From the NCBI GenBank assembly GCA_951406725.2, contig OX597814.1, forward strand, positions 199,454,001 through 199,518,000: a stretch of 64,000 nucleotides of DNA. Reading direction: 5' to 3'. How positions within the stretch are numbered: the stretch's first letter is position 1; each line of letters opens with the position of its first letter. This document shows, one piece after another, positions 1-12,754 of this stretch. Under the pieces are notes generated by a model. That model worked only from the letters and a program-made list of their open reading frames with translations, did no database searches and was not told the DNA's origin. Made by a program: the position numbers and the translations under genes. This DNA comes from Octopus vulgaris (Eukaryota).

Positions 1-124
1 TCACGTGTGTATATCTATAATCATACGCATGCGTCCGCTCAAAAACTCGACATTTGGTCACCACAACCCATAATTAGAATTTGAAAATCAGACAAAGCTT
101 TTTAATTTTTTTATTCTGTTTTCA

Positions 125-335
125 ACCATAGCTCCAAGAGAGGAAAGCTTGTGGACTTGGAAACTTCCAATACACTTTCAAAGAAAAAAGTCAAAAAGAG
201 CCAGTAAAGCAGAACAGAGCAGAGAGAGGCTTGATGCTAAAATTGAAAGTGACCGAAATCGTAGAGCAAGCCAATCTGAAGAACTGCGGAGAGACAGCGA
301 GCATACCGCAAACAAAGCTGACTGAAATTGAAGAA
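125..335 (+). mobile_element. Possible decayed Helitron Rep/helicase N-terminal fragment
   Basis: Broken frames give K/R/E-rich ERLDAKIESDRNRRASQSEELRR, resembling the charged N-terminal repeats of Helitron proteins; no catalytic motif seen. Confidence 0.3.
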
Positions 336-499
336 GAAGCAAATATAGTTGGAATCTGTGAAACTAGTTATAAATGGCCTAAATGACACTGACAACGGAG
401 TCAAAAGCAGCGTGAGTCTGAGAGCCGTATCCCTTAATACACGAAGGTTTATGGAGCTCGCTAAACATGGAAATAAAAGGGTAAATTTAACGAGTAATA

Positions 500-715
500 T
501 ATTGCCCACAAACATAGAGAAGACAAACAAGGACAGACAAAGGCATTAAGTCGATTATATCGACACCAGTGTGTAACGGGTTCTTATTTAATCGACCCCG
601 AAAGGATGAAAGGCAAAGTCGACCTCGGCGGAATTTGAACTCAGAACGTAACGGCAGACGAAATACCGCTAAGCATTTCGCCCGACTTGCTAACAATTGT
701 GCCAGTTCGTCGCCC
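500..715 (-). mobile_element. SINE family A (tRNA-derived)
   Basis: Minus strand: GGCGACGAACTGGC head, B-box GAGTTCAAATTCC, central GTCGACTTTGCCTTTCATCCTTTCGGGGTCGAT; more than 20 homologous copies in window. Confidence 0.85.
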
Positions 716-867
716 TAACGAGGAATACTACTCGATTGAACTCGATCAAGGTAAGACTCAGAAGAAAGGCAGCTAAGGTTGGAAAAGAATATGAAGTGGG
801 GTTAGACATACGCGGACAGTCTATCCTGAATCTCTATAAACACAACAATTTTGCCAAAACTCTAAAT

Positions 868-1080
868 TAAATAATAATGAAATTATTGTATACAGTGCTC
901 AGGTGCACCACAACTTGTCAAAAGTGCGTATAAAGCAGATGCAGTAATGTACAATGCCTGGGAAGTGAACAGTGTATGAGTCAGATACATGTTTGCGTGT
1001 GTATGGAGGGGAGAAGATCAGGTGTAGTGTTGGCGAATCTCAGGAAGCATGGAAGTTTTGAAGGATGCACTGCTCCGACC
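868..1080 (-). mobile_element. 3' end of a CR1/L2-like LINE
   Basis: Minus strand ORF end ASFKTSMLPEIRQHYT*, short 3' UTR and (ATT)n-like tail. Confidence 0.45.
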
Positions 1081-1389
1081 ATGAAATGCCAGAATACATT
1101 TGCGATGCAAATACCAAAGTGTTGAACAGACGAAAACTGGGAGAATGGAGTGAACTCGAAATGACTTTGTGTTCAAGTGACCTGCAATTGGTTGTATCTA
1201 CACTATTAGTCCACAACAAGGCGGCACATTTGTATGACGTCAGTCGTAGAGTTCAGGTAGTAAGGTGGGGATTCTATAGTAAAAATATCCGGTTTAATTT
1301 ACTAATTAAACACATTTATTCACCATAGCTCAATTTTACTCTTAACTAACCGTATCTGAAAATCAATCAAGTTATTATGTGGGCAAATG

Positions 1390-1420
1390 ACACACACATA
1401 CAAATTATATATATATATAG

Positions 1421-1467
<47 letters not shown>

Positions 1468-1509
1468 TATACATATATACACACATACATACACACACAC
1501 ACATATACA

Positions 1510-1551
<42 letters not shown>
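1390..1551. repeat. (CA)n/(TA)n compound microsatellite
   Basis: Direct reading. Confidence 0.95.
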
Positions 1552-1552
<1 letters not shown>

Positions 1553-1554
1553 CA

Positions 1555-1806
1555 GCACTCTGTCGGTTACGACGACGAGGGTCCCAGCTGATACGATCAA
1601 CGGAACAGCTTGCTCGTGAAATTAACGTGCAAGTGGCTGAGCACTGCACAGACACGTGTACCCCTAAAGTAGTTCTCAGGGAGACTCAGCGTGACACACA
1701 GTGAGACAAGGCTGGTCCTTTGAAATACAAGTACTACTCATTTTGGCCAGTTGAGTGGACTGGATCAACGTGAAATAAAATGCCTTACTCAAGGACACAA
1801 CGCGTC
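1555..1806 (-). mobile_element. SINE with family-C tail 1 and a CORE-like body
   Basis: Shares the ...CGTCGTCGTAACCGAC tail with 8380-8747 and 16746-17113, but upstream reads GTGTCCTTGAGTAAGGCATTT. Confidence 0.7.
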
Positions 1807-2232
1807 GCTGGGGAAAACTCATCGCCAGTTTCTCCTTTTCTTTCTTTCTCAAACTTTTCCCTTAGCTGACCTGTCGCAAGTACTCTCTCTCCGTTCTCCA
1901 TCGTTCAAGACATTTTCTACGCGTTACCCACTATTCACGTCTTGTTGGCCCAAAGTCCCTATTTTGTTCGACTCTTTGTCTTCGTCCACCATCCTAAATC
2001 ACACTCTGTGTTATTTTGCTTGTTTTGTTTCGTCTTGTTGCTCTTGTCCCTAATTCTACGCAAGAAAACATTTTCTGCAGGCCTCGCCAATTGGGAAGCA
2101 TTCAGTCTTATTGCTAAAGGTGCGAGACTGAAAAGTACCATTTATCGATCACTGACGAAGAATTATGGACTTTCTGCTCGTCTACCTTTTGTCGTTTGGT
2201 TATACATTTTTTATATTTATCAAGTAATGGAA

Positions 2233-2299
2233 CGCAACGAACGGCAACGTGAAACTCAGAGTAACAGGTTTTGTTGAACTTTCTGCTGCTTTAAATAAA

Positions 2300-2300
<1 letters not shown>
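2233..2300 (+). mobile_element. Fragment of the HHR-bearing element seen at 50451-50680
   Basis: ACGAACGGCAACGTGAAACTCAGAGTAACAG...TTTAAATAAAG matches 50549-50612. Confidence 0.7.
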
Positions 2301-2339
<39 letters not shown>

Positions 2340-2343
<4 letters not shown>

Positions 2344-2520
2344 TCGTCTGCAGTTACGTTCTGAGTTAAAATTCCGCTGAGGTCGACTTTGCCTTTCATC
2401 CTTTTGGGGTCGATAAATTAAGTACCAGTTACGCACTTGGATCGATGTAATCGACTTAATCCCTTTGTGTGTCCTTGTTTGTCCCCTCTATGTTTAGTCC
2501 CTTGTGGGTAATAAAGAAAC
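2340..2520 (+). mobile_element. SINE family A, headless copy
   Basis: Starts at TATTTCGTC after a (TA)n tract; ends AAAGAAA. Confidence 0.85.
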
Positions 2521-3318
2521 ATATATATATGTGTATATACATATATACACAAAGAGGAAGAGGAGAGGGAGGTATAGGGTGGATACTTAAAATGCAATGA
2601 AATAACACTGCATCAAATTTTAAATGTGGTATTCTATCTGGAATGTTTCTGAAGAATAGAAAAATCTTGATGTGATTATTGATACTAATCTAAAATTCTA
2701 AGAATGTGCTATAGCTGAAGTTAAAATGCCAATAGTATTGTTCGGATAATAAAATCACATTTCCGCCTGAGTTTCGAGAGGAAGAATGCTGTCACAACCA
2801 TTAGTTTTTCCCTCTTAAAAGCATATGTATGAGATTAGTTCTGTTTCGCTAAGTCCCATTCATGAATGTGATGAGATATAAAAATAAGAAATACCATAAA
2901 TTCAATTTAAATTCAAATTTTGTAAGAGTGGGGGGGGGGGGGCGAAAACACACACACACAAAACTTTGAGAAGGTTTTAACTGATAGAACATCAAATATT
3001 GTTATATGTTATGGAGAAAATTCCATCGTCATAAATTATTGGAAAGGAAAAACCCGTATAAAAGTTCCTCTTATTAATATTGACAATATACTCTATCAAA
3101 TGCAGATTTTAATTTCAAAAATATAGTGGATATTGAATAGGAGAAATGTGCAACATCAAAAATACACAACCTAAACCTCCTGCACTCCTATTATAAAACG
3201 ATAGACAAATGCTAATCTATGTACTGTTAAAATTGAGAATACGCTTATCTGAATGTATACCCAAGAGTTTAGCAACATGTTGCAAATACTTTGGACCGAA
3301 TATCATTTCCACTATACC

Positions 3319-3733
3319 TATTTCTTTACTACCCACAAGGGGCTAAATATAGAGAGGACAAACAAGGACAGACAAACGGATTAAGATGATTACATCGACC
3401 CCAGTGCGTAACTGGTACTTATTTAATCGACCCCGAAAGGATGAAAGGCAAAGTCGACCTCGGCGGAATTTGAACTCAGAACGTAGCGACAGACGAAATG
3501 CCTATTTCTTTACTGCCCACAAGGGGCTAAACACAGAGAGGACAAACAAGGACAGACAAACGGATTAAGTCGATTACATCGACCCCAGTGCGTAACTGGT
3601 ACTTATTTAATTGACCCCGAAAGGATGAAAGGCAAAGTCGACCTTGGCGGAATTTGAACTCAGAACGTAACGTCAGACGAAATACGGCTACGCATTTCGC
3701 CCTGCGTGTTAACGTTTCTGCCAGCTCGCCGCC
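3319..3733 (-). mobile_element. SINE family A dimer (one head, two bodies)
   Basis: Two bodies; single TSD TTTCCACTATACCT at 3306-3319 and 3739-3752. Confidence 0.9.
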
Positions 3734-4589
3734 TTTCCTTTCCACTATACCTTTGAGCCTTGAAACGCACGGCCCTGAAAAAAAAATGTTACTTCTTTTA
3801 TTAATAAAACGGAGAAGCAATGTCCGTGCATACATTGAAGAAAGAGACAATTCAAACAGCTTTCTGAGAAATTGAGAAGGAAAGGGTGAAAACGTCACTA
3901 GAAATATATAGAAAGGGGAATAAATTTAACAAAAGAGATTATCAGTAAAAAGGAAAACAGAAGAGAAGTTGAAAACCAAAGGAAAGTAGAAGAAATGGGA
4001 GAGAGTGGGAAATATGAGAAAAAACATAAGAGTTTGTGTGAGACAGATATTTCCACAGAAGATAAGCGAAGAGAGAAGCGATCAACCCTGCTCGGTTTTC
4101 TGTACATGTATGGCGTTCTTTCCTTCTGCCACATAAATTTTATCTGCGCTTCTATCTTTAGGGATTAGTTACCGAATGTGTGTTTTATTATACTCACAAA
4201 CAAATATATCCCACTCCCGCTCACAAACACACGCTTAGACCTCACACCACATGCACATATATCTATGTAAATGTATGTACATATACATGTATTTGTGTCT
4301 ACAATTTTCTGACTTCACGTAGCACTGTTTATCAGTGTGTATATCTATATAATGTTTTTTGTTAAATGATCTCAGTTTACTTTTTTCTACAAGGAAGAAA
4401 TCGATTTCTTACAAACAAGAATCCATTGCTGGATAATAAAATTGAGAAGGAAGCGTTACATTTTAAAATTTAGAAACGAAGTTCATATTTTTACTGTTCC
4501 ACATACGGATTACATTTCTAAAGTGTGTGTTAGCTGGACAGCTTCTATGCCTGATAATCCGTACTTTTCGAAATCGTCACCTAAACATT

Positions 4590-5715
4590 CATTACCGTAA
4601 CCAAGTGAAACAAAAAATGTTGGTCGTAATATGAATTTATCATTAAGATAGAAAAAATTCCGATTTCGAAGTAGTTGTCCATAAAGTTCTCTTTGAAGCT
4701 CATTTTAGAATAAATGTTCACATTTGAATATGTAAAATCATATGACCCATATGACAGCAGAAGATTTACTTTTATCCCAAACAGCTTTATCAAGCGTGAT
4801 GCATTCACCTTGAGGATGCTTGGATTTGAATGTTCCGCCAAGATTTCTTGTGTTAAGAATGTACTCAATAACATCGCCTTTGCCTGTATTTATCGCAGGG
4901 CAGTTTTTCCTATGAATGACATTATATCGTGTTTTAACAACATCATGTCGTAGCAGGACATATTACCTTGATATTGTGGGGGTAGCTTTTGATTACATGT
5001 GTCTTTTCTCCTAAACAGTGACATAATTGACATTTCTCGTTGCACTTTGGATTATTTAAGAACGCCACGGTTTCATTTGATCTGTTAAGGCTTTCCTAAT
5101 TATCTTCTGCTGATCATGGATTGTAAAAGCAAAAGCTTTGAGATGTGACATGATGTAACGGTCATTTCATGTTAATATTATCATGGTCCTTCAGTTAACT
5201 GGAAATACACTTATGTTAAACCTACTTGTGATAAGCAGAGCGTTTCCGTTCGTGGTCCTTGTTAAGGTGAGATATTCCTGCATGGGAGTTCATCGGCAAG
5301 TGAGTACTTCCTGCGGGAATAATGTTCCTGTAAGACATTATTCTCACAGTATGGCATATCTTTAGTATGTTATAATCTATAGTCATGGTATCTTTCTTCG
5401 TAGCACTTTTGATGTATTTTCAGCAATACCTAGGTCTTTCTAGATCTCATACTCTTGAACACAGGTGATTGAGAAATCACTGACGCAAAGGTTTTTTTTT
5501 TTAATTTCTTCTGCGTGTGTCAGTTTGAGAATTTTTTCTCGTTCAACAATAAATTAACGAATATTTCTTTTGACTAAATTTCATTCCTACATTAGCAGAA
5601 GCTGTTGTTACGGAATCCAGCTGTTCCTCCAAATTGTACATATTTCGAATAAAGATCTTTAAATCGCCCTGACATAAAAAAGTGGACATCATTAATGTCT
5701 TATGCTGTTCAAAAC
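4590..5715 (-). mobile_element. Old R4/Dong-like non-LTR retrotransposon relic (RT plus C-terminal region)
   Basis: DLKIF..NL..QLDSV...S.NVGMKF resembles R4-clade RT DDLKLY...DIGM.FG; KDLGIAE; downstream part aligns loosely with 5780-6560. Confidence 0.55.
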
Positions 5716-5779
5716 CCTTGCACATAGCAAGTGGGTTTCCGTATGTAAGTGCGTGTGTGTGTGTCTCTATTTTTATCAT

Positions 5780-6560
5780 TATTATAAATCTTCCACTGAG
5801 AAGGGAGCCGGTTTACGTTTGGACAAATTTACGTTTGGAACTTGAGAAAAGTCTTGCATAGTTTTACTGTTTCACTCAGAGATTGGACTTTTAATGTACG
5901 AATCAGCCGATCAATTTCTCTTTCTGAAAATTGCAGTTTATCCAGATTCTCCTTTAAGCATTTACTAACAAAACCTAGTGCTCCAATTATTATTTGTATG
6001 AATATGAATTCATAGTCTGGATATAAAAGCTGGAGGTTTCGAAGCAGTTGTCTATAGATAATCCTCTTTTTCTTTGATTTTCAAAGAGATATTTATATCT
6101 GCAGGGCAACAAACCTCTATGAGGGTACATTCCTTTGCCCCTCAGCTCCAAACAACAATATCCGGTCTGTTATGCTTAAATTTGACAGAAATTTTGATGG
6201 GAATATTCCACCAGTATTCCTTGAGTTGGTGTTTATGAATGCATTCCATAACAGAGAAATTTTCTAAGTTTATTTCAGGGCAGTCTTTTTTGCGGATGGC
6301 ATTGTATATCGTTTTAGCAGCAACATCATGCCGCATAGGGAGATAGCACAGTGACGATATTTTAAGGACAGCTGCTAATCACATGCGTAATGTCTTCCAC
6401 AGACATGACATAGCCTACACATGCGGTTGCACCTTGGGATTACAAGAGTGTCACTGTCTCTGTTGTTCACCAGGTACTTTGTGGTGATCTCCTGTTCCTA
6501 GATTGCAAACACATAACTTTCAAAGTATGATGTGATGTAGTGGTCTTGTGTCTACTGTCC
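5780..6560 (-). mobile_element. R4/Dong-like LINE 3' fragment (zinc knuckle, restriction-like endonuclease)
   Basis: EDITHVISSC, RHDVAAKTIYN, EYWWNIPI, HNRPDIVVW motifs, followed by a 3' UTR. Confidence 0.8.
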
Positions 6561-7434
6561 TCTACCAGCTCTCGGGCAACATACACATGCATGGTCTTTT
6601 TTAGTATGCTGAGTGCTTTCCACCCAGGTCTTCTTCGAGGTAAGAGAGCCCAGCTGTTTTCGGGCTGTATAAGAGATCATCAGGAATAGAGTATATATGT
6701 ATTATGGGATAGTTGTGTGGTTTACATACATTCACAGCATATGAAGCGCTCGCACAGTGACAAATACAAACACAGACACACGAACTTACAAACATAAATA
6801 CACATACACGCGAATGCAGATCCACAGAAGTACAAACACAACGCATTGACTCTTACCAGAAGCAATCACAGAAAATAAATATACTAATACACACATAAGT
6901 TGCAGCAATGACTTGTAGAATACCGAGTTACGCATTCCATTAATTATTGTTTATCTGAAAGTAATTTATTTTAAATTCTATCTATTTGAATTAAATTTAA
7001 AAGTTTATTTTTATGCATGTACCTCCTGAATTTTGTAACAAGTCGTGTTAAAAAGTAAGTTTTCTTTTATGCATGCTTTTAATCGAATAATTTGACAACT
7101 TCTTACACTTTCTTATGCAAAGACGCACGAGTAGAGACACTCAAATACGCATATAAATACATAAACACGCGCATAAATACCTCTACAGACACATAATTGA
7201 AGAAGTAGAAACGCATGAATACATACTGATAGACAAGTAGTCGCAGTACTTTCTGCAGAGATTGGAGCCGTGAAATTGGAAATATTATTAACACGTAACA
7301 TAACTGAATTTCAGTCATTTTCTCTAGAAGCATGTAGACAATCAGTTTGCTGAACGTTTCTCACAAAATTAGTTGAAAAATGAGGAACATTTTTGAGGTG
7401 TTATTGCATGTGTGTATGTAAGTATATATGAATG

Positions 7435-7436
<2 letters not shown>

Positions 7437-7502
<66 letters not shown>

Positions 7503-7660
7503 GATGTAAATTAAACTATATCTTCAGTCATTTAGATTGCGGCCGGCCATGATGCAGCACCGCCATGCTGCGGCACCGCCTTGAAGAATTTTAGTCGATC
7601 GCACCGACCAGTACTTATTCCTTTATGAAGCCTATCAGGTGCTTTTCCCGAACCGCTAAG

Positions 7661-7703
<43 letters not shown>
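7437..7703. repeat. (CT)n(TA)n tracts around a 3' fragment of SINE B
   Basis: Direct reading; 7520-7662 matches the SINE B 3' half on the minus strand. Confidence 0.8.
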
Positions 7704-7705
<2 letters not shown>

Positions 7706-7929
7706 TATAAAGAAGATAGATAAATTGATTGATTTACTAGATGTTCACGGCTGGAATGCTTGCGTTTTATTTCCTTTTAGAGAAGTGGTTACTGAAACGC
7801 TAGAAAACTTTTAAGAAGTGAGAAAAAAAGAAATGAAACAAAAACACCTGTATCTGTGTTAGAAACTATATAATGATTGTATTCGAGCTAAATTTATGAA
7901 GCAGAATTGTCAGGTTTCATTCAAGAAAC

Positions 7930-8295
7930 TCATTGCCAACTGCGAACTATATTTCACAGACAACGCCGGGTACCCTAGTGTTTTCAATTGTTTGTGCAAA
8001 AATTATCCATAAAGAACTTCTATAGTTGCTGTACGTGCTTTTTTAATGGATTTTATTTGAACTGCAATTGAGAATGCCATCAGCTTCAATGCAGATAGTA
8101 ATCTTTTTTCCTTGGTTGAAAGGATTGTGTTGCAGGTGGTCAGCCTTCCTTTGTATCGCCTTCACAACGTTTAACTATGAAATTATTCTAAATAATGTTG
8201 TATCGCTTTACATTCCCGCTTCTATGTATCTCTCTCAGTATTACTATCATGGTGCATTGACGTGGATGCTTCTTATTGTCCTTCGGTTTGCATGA
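7930..8295 (-). mobile_element. Possible decayed mariner transposase fragment
   Basis: QLKTLGYPALSVKY loosely resembles mariner LGY.K..A.WVP; heavily degraded. Confidence 0.25.
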
Positions 8296-8379
8296 AATAG
8301 CATACATATTTTACTCAATTTCGCTCTGTCTTTTTTATTTAATAGGAGAAATACTACGTGAGATTATGTGTGTGTGTTG

Positions 8380-8747
8380 GTACTCCGTCGGTTACGACGA
8401 CGAAGTTTCCAGTTGATCCGATCAATGGAACAGCCTGCTCGTGAAATCAACGTGCAAGTGGCTGAGCATTCCATAGATACGTGTACGTTTTAACGTAGTT
8501 CTCGGGGAGATTCAGCGTGACACAAAGTGTAATAAGGGGGCCCTTTGAAATACAGGTACAACAGAAACAGGAAGAAAGAGTGAGAGAAAGTTGTGGTGAA
8601 AGAGTACAGCAGGGTTCGCCACCCACCCCCCTGCCGGAGCGTCGTGGAGCTTTAGGTGTTTCCACTCAATAAACACTCACAACGCTCGGTCTGGGAATCG
8701 AAACCGCGAGTCCGCTACCCTAACCACTGGGCCACTGCGCCTCCACA
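8380..8747 (-). mobile_element. SINE family C, tail 1
   Basis: tRNA-like head GTGGAGGCGCAGTGGCCCAGTGGTTAGG...GGTTTCGATTCCC; TSD TGAGATTAT at 8359 and 8750. Confidence 0.88.
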
Positions 8748-9654
8748 CATGAGATTATATAACGTGTTTAATAACATGTTAAATGCACCGCGACTTCAGC
8801 AGCGTATATTCAAGGAGGGAATTTCAAGGGTATTAAAGCTTATGGGAAGCTCAACGTCGCATATATGACCCTGAGTGATATTTTGAGACATTTTCTGTGA
8901 AAACGTGTGTCTTATATACCATCAGATGCATTAGCTCTACATAGTCCAAAAAGGGCGATGGTTACTGGTGAATGTTTTTCTTCTCCTACGTCTGATTTGT
9001 CAGGTTTGACCTGGGAATAATCAACAACATCCTAATAAATATCGATTTCGAAATTTAGGCACGAAGCCAGTAATTTTGTGGTGGCGATTAAGTCGAGAAC
9101 ATCGATCCCAAATTCGGTTACATCTACTCCAGGACTCAACTGGTATTTATTTTATCGACCCTGAAAGGATAAACGCAAAGTCGACCTCGGTGGAAAATCA
9201 TCCAAATCAATATTGACTGCTAGAGGATGTAGAATTAAAATATAGCATTTTTTTCTGTCCAAGGAGAAATAGTTTTGCTTGTTTCAAACAGTAATAATTT
9301 ACGAGTTGTATTACGTTTGTGGGGCGATTTAAAGAACTCCTATAAAGGAATTGAAACTAATGCTTTAAGAATTGCTGCTAAATGTCTTTTTTTCCTTCGC
9401 ATTCTTGAAAATTCAAATATAAAATTCTTAGTAATTTCCACTGGTAACGTAGAGTATCTAGGTAACCAGTTACACACCAGAACAGTATAAAGCGTTTAGT
9501 CATCTATTCAACCGTCGCCATATTATTGTTTCCCTGCTTATTTGTGAATAAAATGTCTTGATATTTTTGTTCTTTATACAAACATTTTCGGCTGCTTTTT
9601 AATATTAAATATAAGCTTCCGGCACAGATTTCAGTAGAAGTAGGAGCATACTTT

Positions 9655-9959
9655 CTTGTTGTCTGTTCCTTCTCGAGCCACGCCTGGCTCATAGGGCCGG
9701 TTTACCGGTCTCCTTGGCGTATAGATTCCCCACCTGGACGGGACGCCGGTCCGTCTCCAGCTGAGCTGCAAGATGCAGGAGGAAAGAGTGAGAGATAGTT
9801 GTGGCAAAAGAATCAGAAGTTCGCCATTACCTTCTGCCGGAGCCGCGTGGAGCTTAGGTGTTTCGTTCATAAACGCAAACATCGCCTGGTCTGAGATTCC
9901 AACCCACGATCCCTCGACCGCGAGTCCGCTCCTCTAACCACTAGGCCAAGTGCCTCCAC
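9655..9959 (-). mobile_element. SINE family C, tail 2
   Basis: Same head; tail GACGGACCGGCGTCCCGTCCAGG...GGCTCGAGAAGGAAC; flanking GCATACTT repeat. Confidence 0.85.
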
Positions 9960-10952
9960 GCATACTTCTTTTATAACCCTCGATCTCATTATGCTGTGAT
10001 CATACATTAAGAATGTCCCTTCCTTCATCGTCCCAACAAAATAGTCAGGAGATAGTGCTTCTAATGTATTTCCTATTGATTCCTGAATCTTCATTAAAGG
10101 CAACCAGCTTCTCTTCCAATTACATTTGCATAATTGATTCGGAGATTTGCTTGTTTCAAGCATTTTTGTTTGTCTTTACGTGACTTATTTTATTATTCAT
10201 TTCTCTCTTATCATGCTCTGTACTTGAATTGTAGTCCTGCTCTGTATTCTGACCTATTTTCAGCAATTGCCTACCAAAGTTACAATTTTCACCATTTACC
10301 AGTTATAGGAAGTAATACGCGGTGGATGTTAGATATAGGCCGCTATATTATAGAAGACATAACCCATCTATTTCTCTTTTACACCAATTAGCTATTCACT
10401 CCATGTTTGAGTTCAACAGGAATAGACACTAACTTTAGATTTTGACACTGTTTTGTCTTTTCATGCACGCACTTTCCATTCTGCTCTCCATATCTATTTT
10501 TACATCTGATCTATCTTTAAAATCATAACGTGCCTATATACACCTTCCCGTTGATTTACGCCTACACAATGAAATTATTGACATTAATTTGAAAATATGA
10601 CTGTACCATGCAACACGCTCTAAAAGGGTTCCACTATATTCTCGTCAGAGTGAGGTCTAAATTTTTAATATTTCTACACAGTAAAAATCCCTTTTGCACA
10701 CAATTGTTCAGCGTTCTAAAAGACCATTAACTAAATTATTTTATTTGAACAAAACAAAAATATTGCCTTCTCATTCTTTTTACAAACAGTTTAATTTCTT
10801 CATTATGACATTCTTGAATGAAACCCATGTTTGTACAAATTGAATTTGTAATAGTTCTCTGAACGTATATCCTGGCCATCTTCGTATTCGGATTTACCAA
10901 GTGTTTAATAGCTTTCTATACCGCGTCATATTACTGACTCACTTATTATAAG

Positions 10953-11168
10953 ATGTACTTGCATAGCAAGTGAACTGATCTGAGATCGTGTGCTGGAACG
11001 AAAACAATTGCAGCGCGGGAGGTGCAGCACGGAGTTTTGTCAGTGAACACGTTGCGGTCTCAAAGCGACGAAAATATTTTGACAAATTTAATTTAAATGT
11101 TGAAGTGAATCTAACGGTTCTTGTGTGTTTCTTAAATGACTTATAAACACCTTCCACGCTGCAATTGT
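10953..11168. mobile_element. PLE-type short element with inverted terminal copy
   Basis: 11002-11024 is an inverted copy of 11148-11170; TSD TTATTATAAG at 10943-10952 and 11169-11178; contains an HHR motif. Confidence 0.65.
11036..11086 (+). ncRNA. Minimal type-I hammerhead ribozyme, G3-C8 variant
   Basis: TTTGTCA / GTGAACA / C-GTTGC-ggtctcaaa-GCGAC / GAAA-ATAT-T-T / TGACAAA; 7-bp helix I, palindromic AATATT helix III. Confidence 0.7.
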
Positions 11169-11928
11169 TTATTATAAGGAGTTGTAAGAAATGTGCCAAT
11201 TGGAAGTTGCAACTAAAAGCAAAATATCTTTTCCAAATTCTTTTAGAACAGTTACAGAGAACGAAGCCTGTATGCGGGACATGCTCTATATGTTTCCTAG
11301 TTTGTCTAGATGGGTATTTTCTATCTCACACATATTTAGAGTAGTAGAATAAACAATATTTTATTTATCAGATATGTCTTTGGCTGTAGACCAATTCTCT
11401 GGGTAATTTGAGTCTATATAGAATTAGAATTAGTTCTGTTCATATATTAGAATTTGAATTAGTTCTGCTCATATATTTTCAAACTATTTTTAAAATGTAA
11501 CGTGTACAGGTTTTAAATGCATCAATCGATTTGAATTAATCTAATGTTTTCCGAACAATGAAGAGCAAAGAATGTTTGCTGTAGCCATTCATAACAACAC
11601 TAAATATGTCACATTAAAAATCATAACATACAACTCTAAAGTGTTTCTTTTTTATTCTTATATTCTTTAGAATATTTTCTTTTAAACACAAAGCGTTTTC
11701 ATTACACACGTTGCTATGGCGATTCGAACGTAAAGAAAGAAAAGGGTTTGTTTACAAGGAATATGCTGTAATATCGTCATTTGAAAGAAAGCCAATTCTT
11801 CAAAGATGCTCTAAACACTTAGATTTTAGTGAAAAGACATATTAGTTTATAACGATTACTTTTTCTCATCTTTTAATTTCCAAATTCTTATGTCGATTAT
11901 TGAAAGAAACGCTACTGATTTAAAGTTC

Positions 11929-11980
<52 letters not shown>

Positions 11981-12041
11981 TATACAGGCAACTAGTTTAC
12001 ATGCGAATCTAGCTATGTGTATATTTGAAATATAAAGGCTC

Positions 12042-12109
12042 CCTACTGACGAAAACTAGCCTCAGTAAATATTTTTTTTACTGGAATGAGTTAGAAACCA
12101 TGGTCTAGG
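12042..12109 (+). ncRNA. Minimal type-I hammerhead ribozyme, canonical core
   Basis: CCTA / CTGACGA / long helix II (AACT:AGTT, CAGTAAA:TTTACTG) / GAAAC-CATG-GT-C / TAGG; GUC cleavage triplet. Confidence 0.72.
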
Positions 12110-12249
12110 AATTAAATTAGATGGTAAACGTTTTTAATTTTCAATCCTTTCGAGAATTTATCCACAATTGTTGATTTGAGTTTTCTACTGCTCTTTCTAG
12201 CACAAGGCTTTCCTATTTGGAAGCCTCTTAATGTGTTCTAATGTACACA

Positions 12250-12285
<36 letters not shown>

Positions 12286-12287
<2 letters not shown>

Positions 12288-12490
12288 ATCCAAATATGAG
12301 CAAAGAGAAAACACAACAACGCGAGGACGTGGAACAAGTATAATGCTATTGGACGTTCAGGAAAGGAAAGAAAGAAGGATGATTTAACGTTTCGCGCGGA
12401 GCTCTTCATCAGAAACATAGAAAAAGGAAAGGTCCAAGGAAGGGAAGACGGAGAAAGAAAATCGCAAACGATACACACGTGGTCACATAT
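12286..12490 (-). mobile_element. PLE-type terminal repeat fragment with HHR
   Basis: Pyrimidine-rich unit on the minus strand between microsatellites; carries HHR 12382-12416. Confidence 0.55.
12382..12416 (-). ncRNA. Minimal hammerhead ribozyme
   Basis: GTTT / CTGATGA / A-GAGC-tcc-GCGC / GAAAC-GT-T / AAAT; one mismatch in helix II. Confidence 0.62.
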
Positions 12491-12554
12491 TGTATATATG
12501 TATGTGTGTGTGTATTGTATATATGTGTGTGTGTGTGTGTGTTTATATATAAAA

Positions 12555-12717
12555 TCCACAAGTTTTTATTCTTCCTCTGTTTATTTCCTTTTTATCCTTT
12601 CTGCTGAAGAGCATAAGCTCGAAACGTAAAAGACTTTCTCACCTTCCCGAGCGTCAAACTAATACATCTGCTTATTGTTTATACACTGTATTCGTCTTTT
12701 GTTTTCCTGTAAATTTC

Positions 12718-12722
<5 letters not shown>
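12555..12722 (+). mobile_element. PLE-type terminal repeat fragment
   Basis: Homologous to 30851-31000; contains an HHR-like motif. Confidence 0.6.
12597..12632 (+). ncRNA. Hammerhead-like motif (A6C)
   Basis: CTTT / CTGCTGA / A-GAGC-ataa-GCTC / GAAAC-GT-A / AAAG. Confidence 0.55.

Positions 12723-12751
<29 letters not shown>

Positions 12752-12754
<3 letters not shown>

Noticed and set aside
7770-7810. AGT-ggtt-ACT-GAAACGCT hammerhead-like right half
   Set aside because: Upstream core (TTAGAGA) does not fit NTGANNA.
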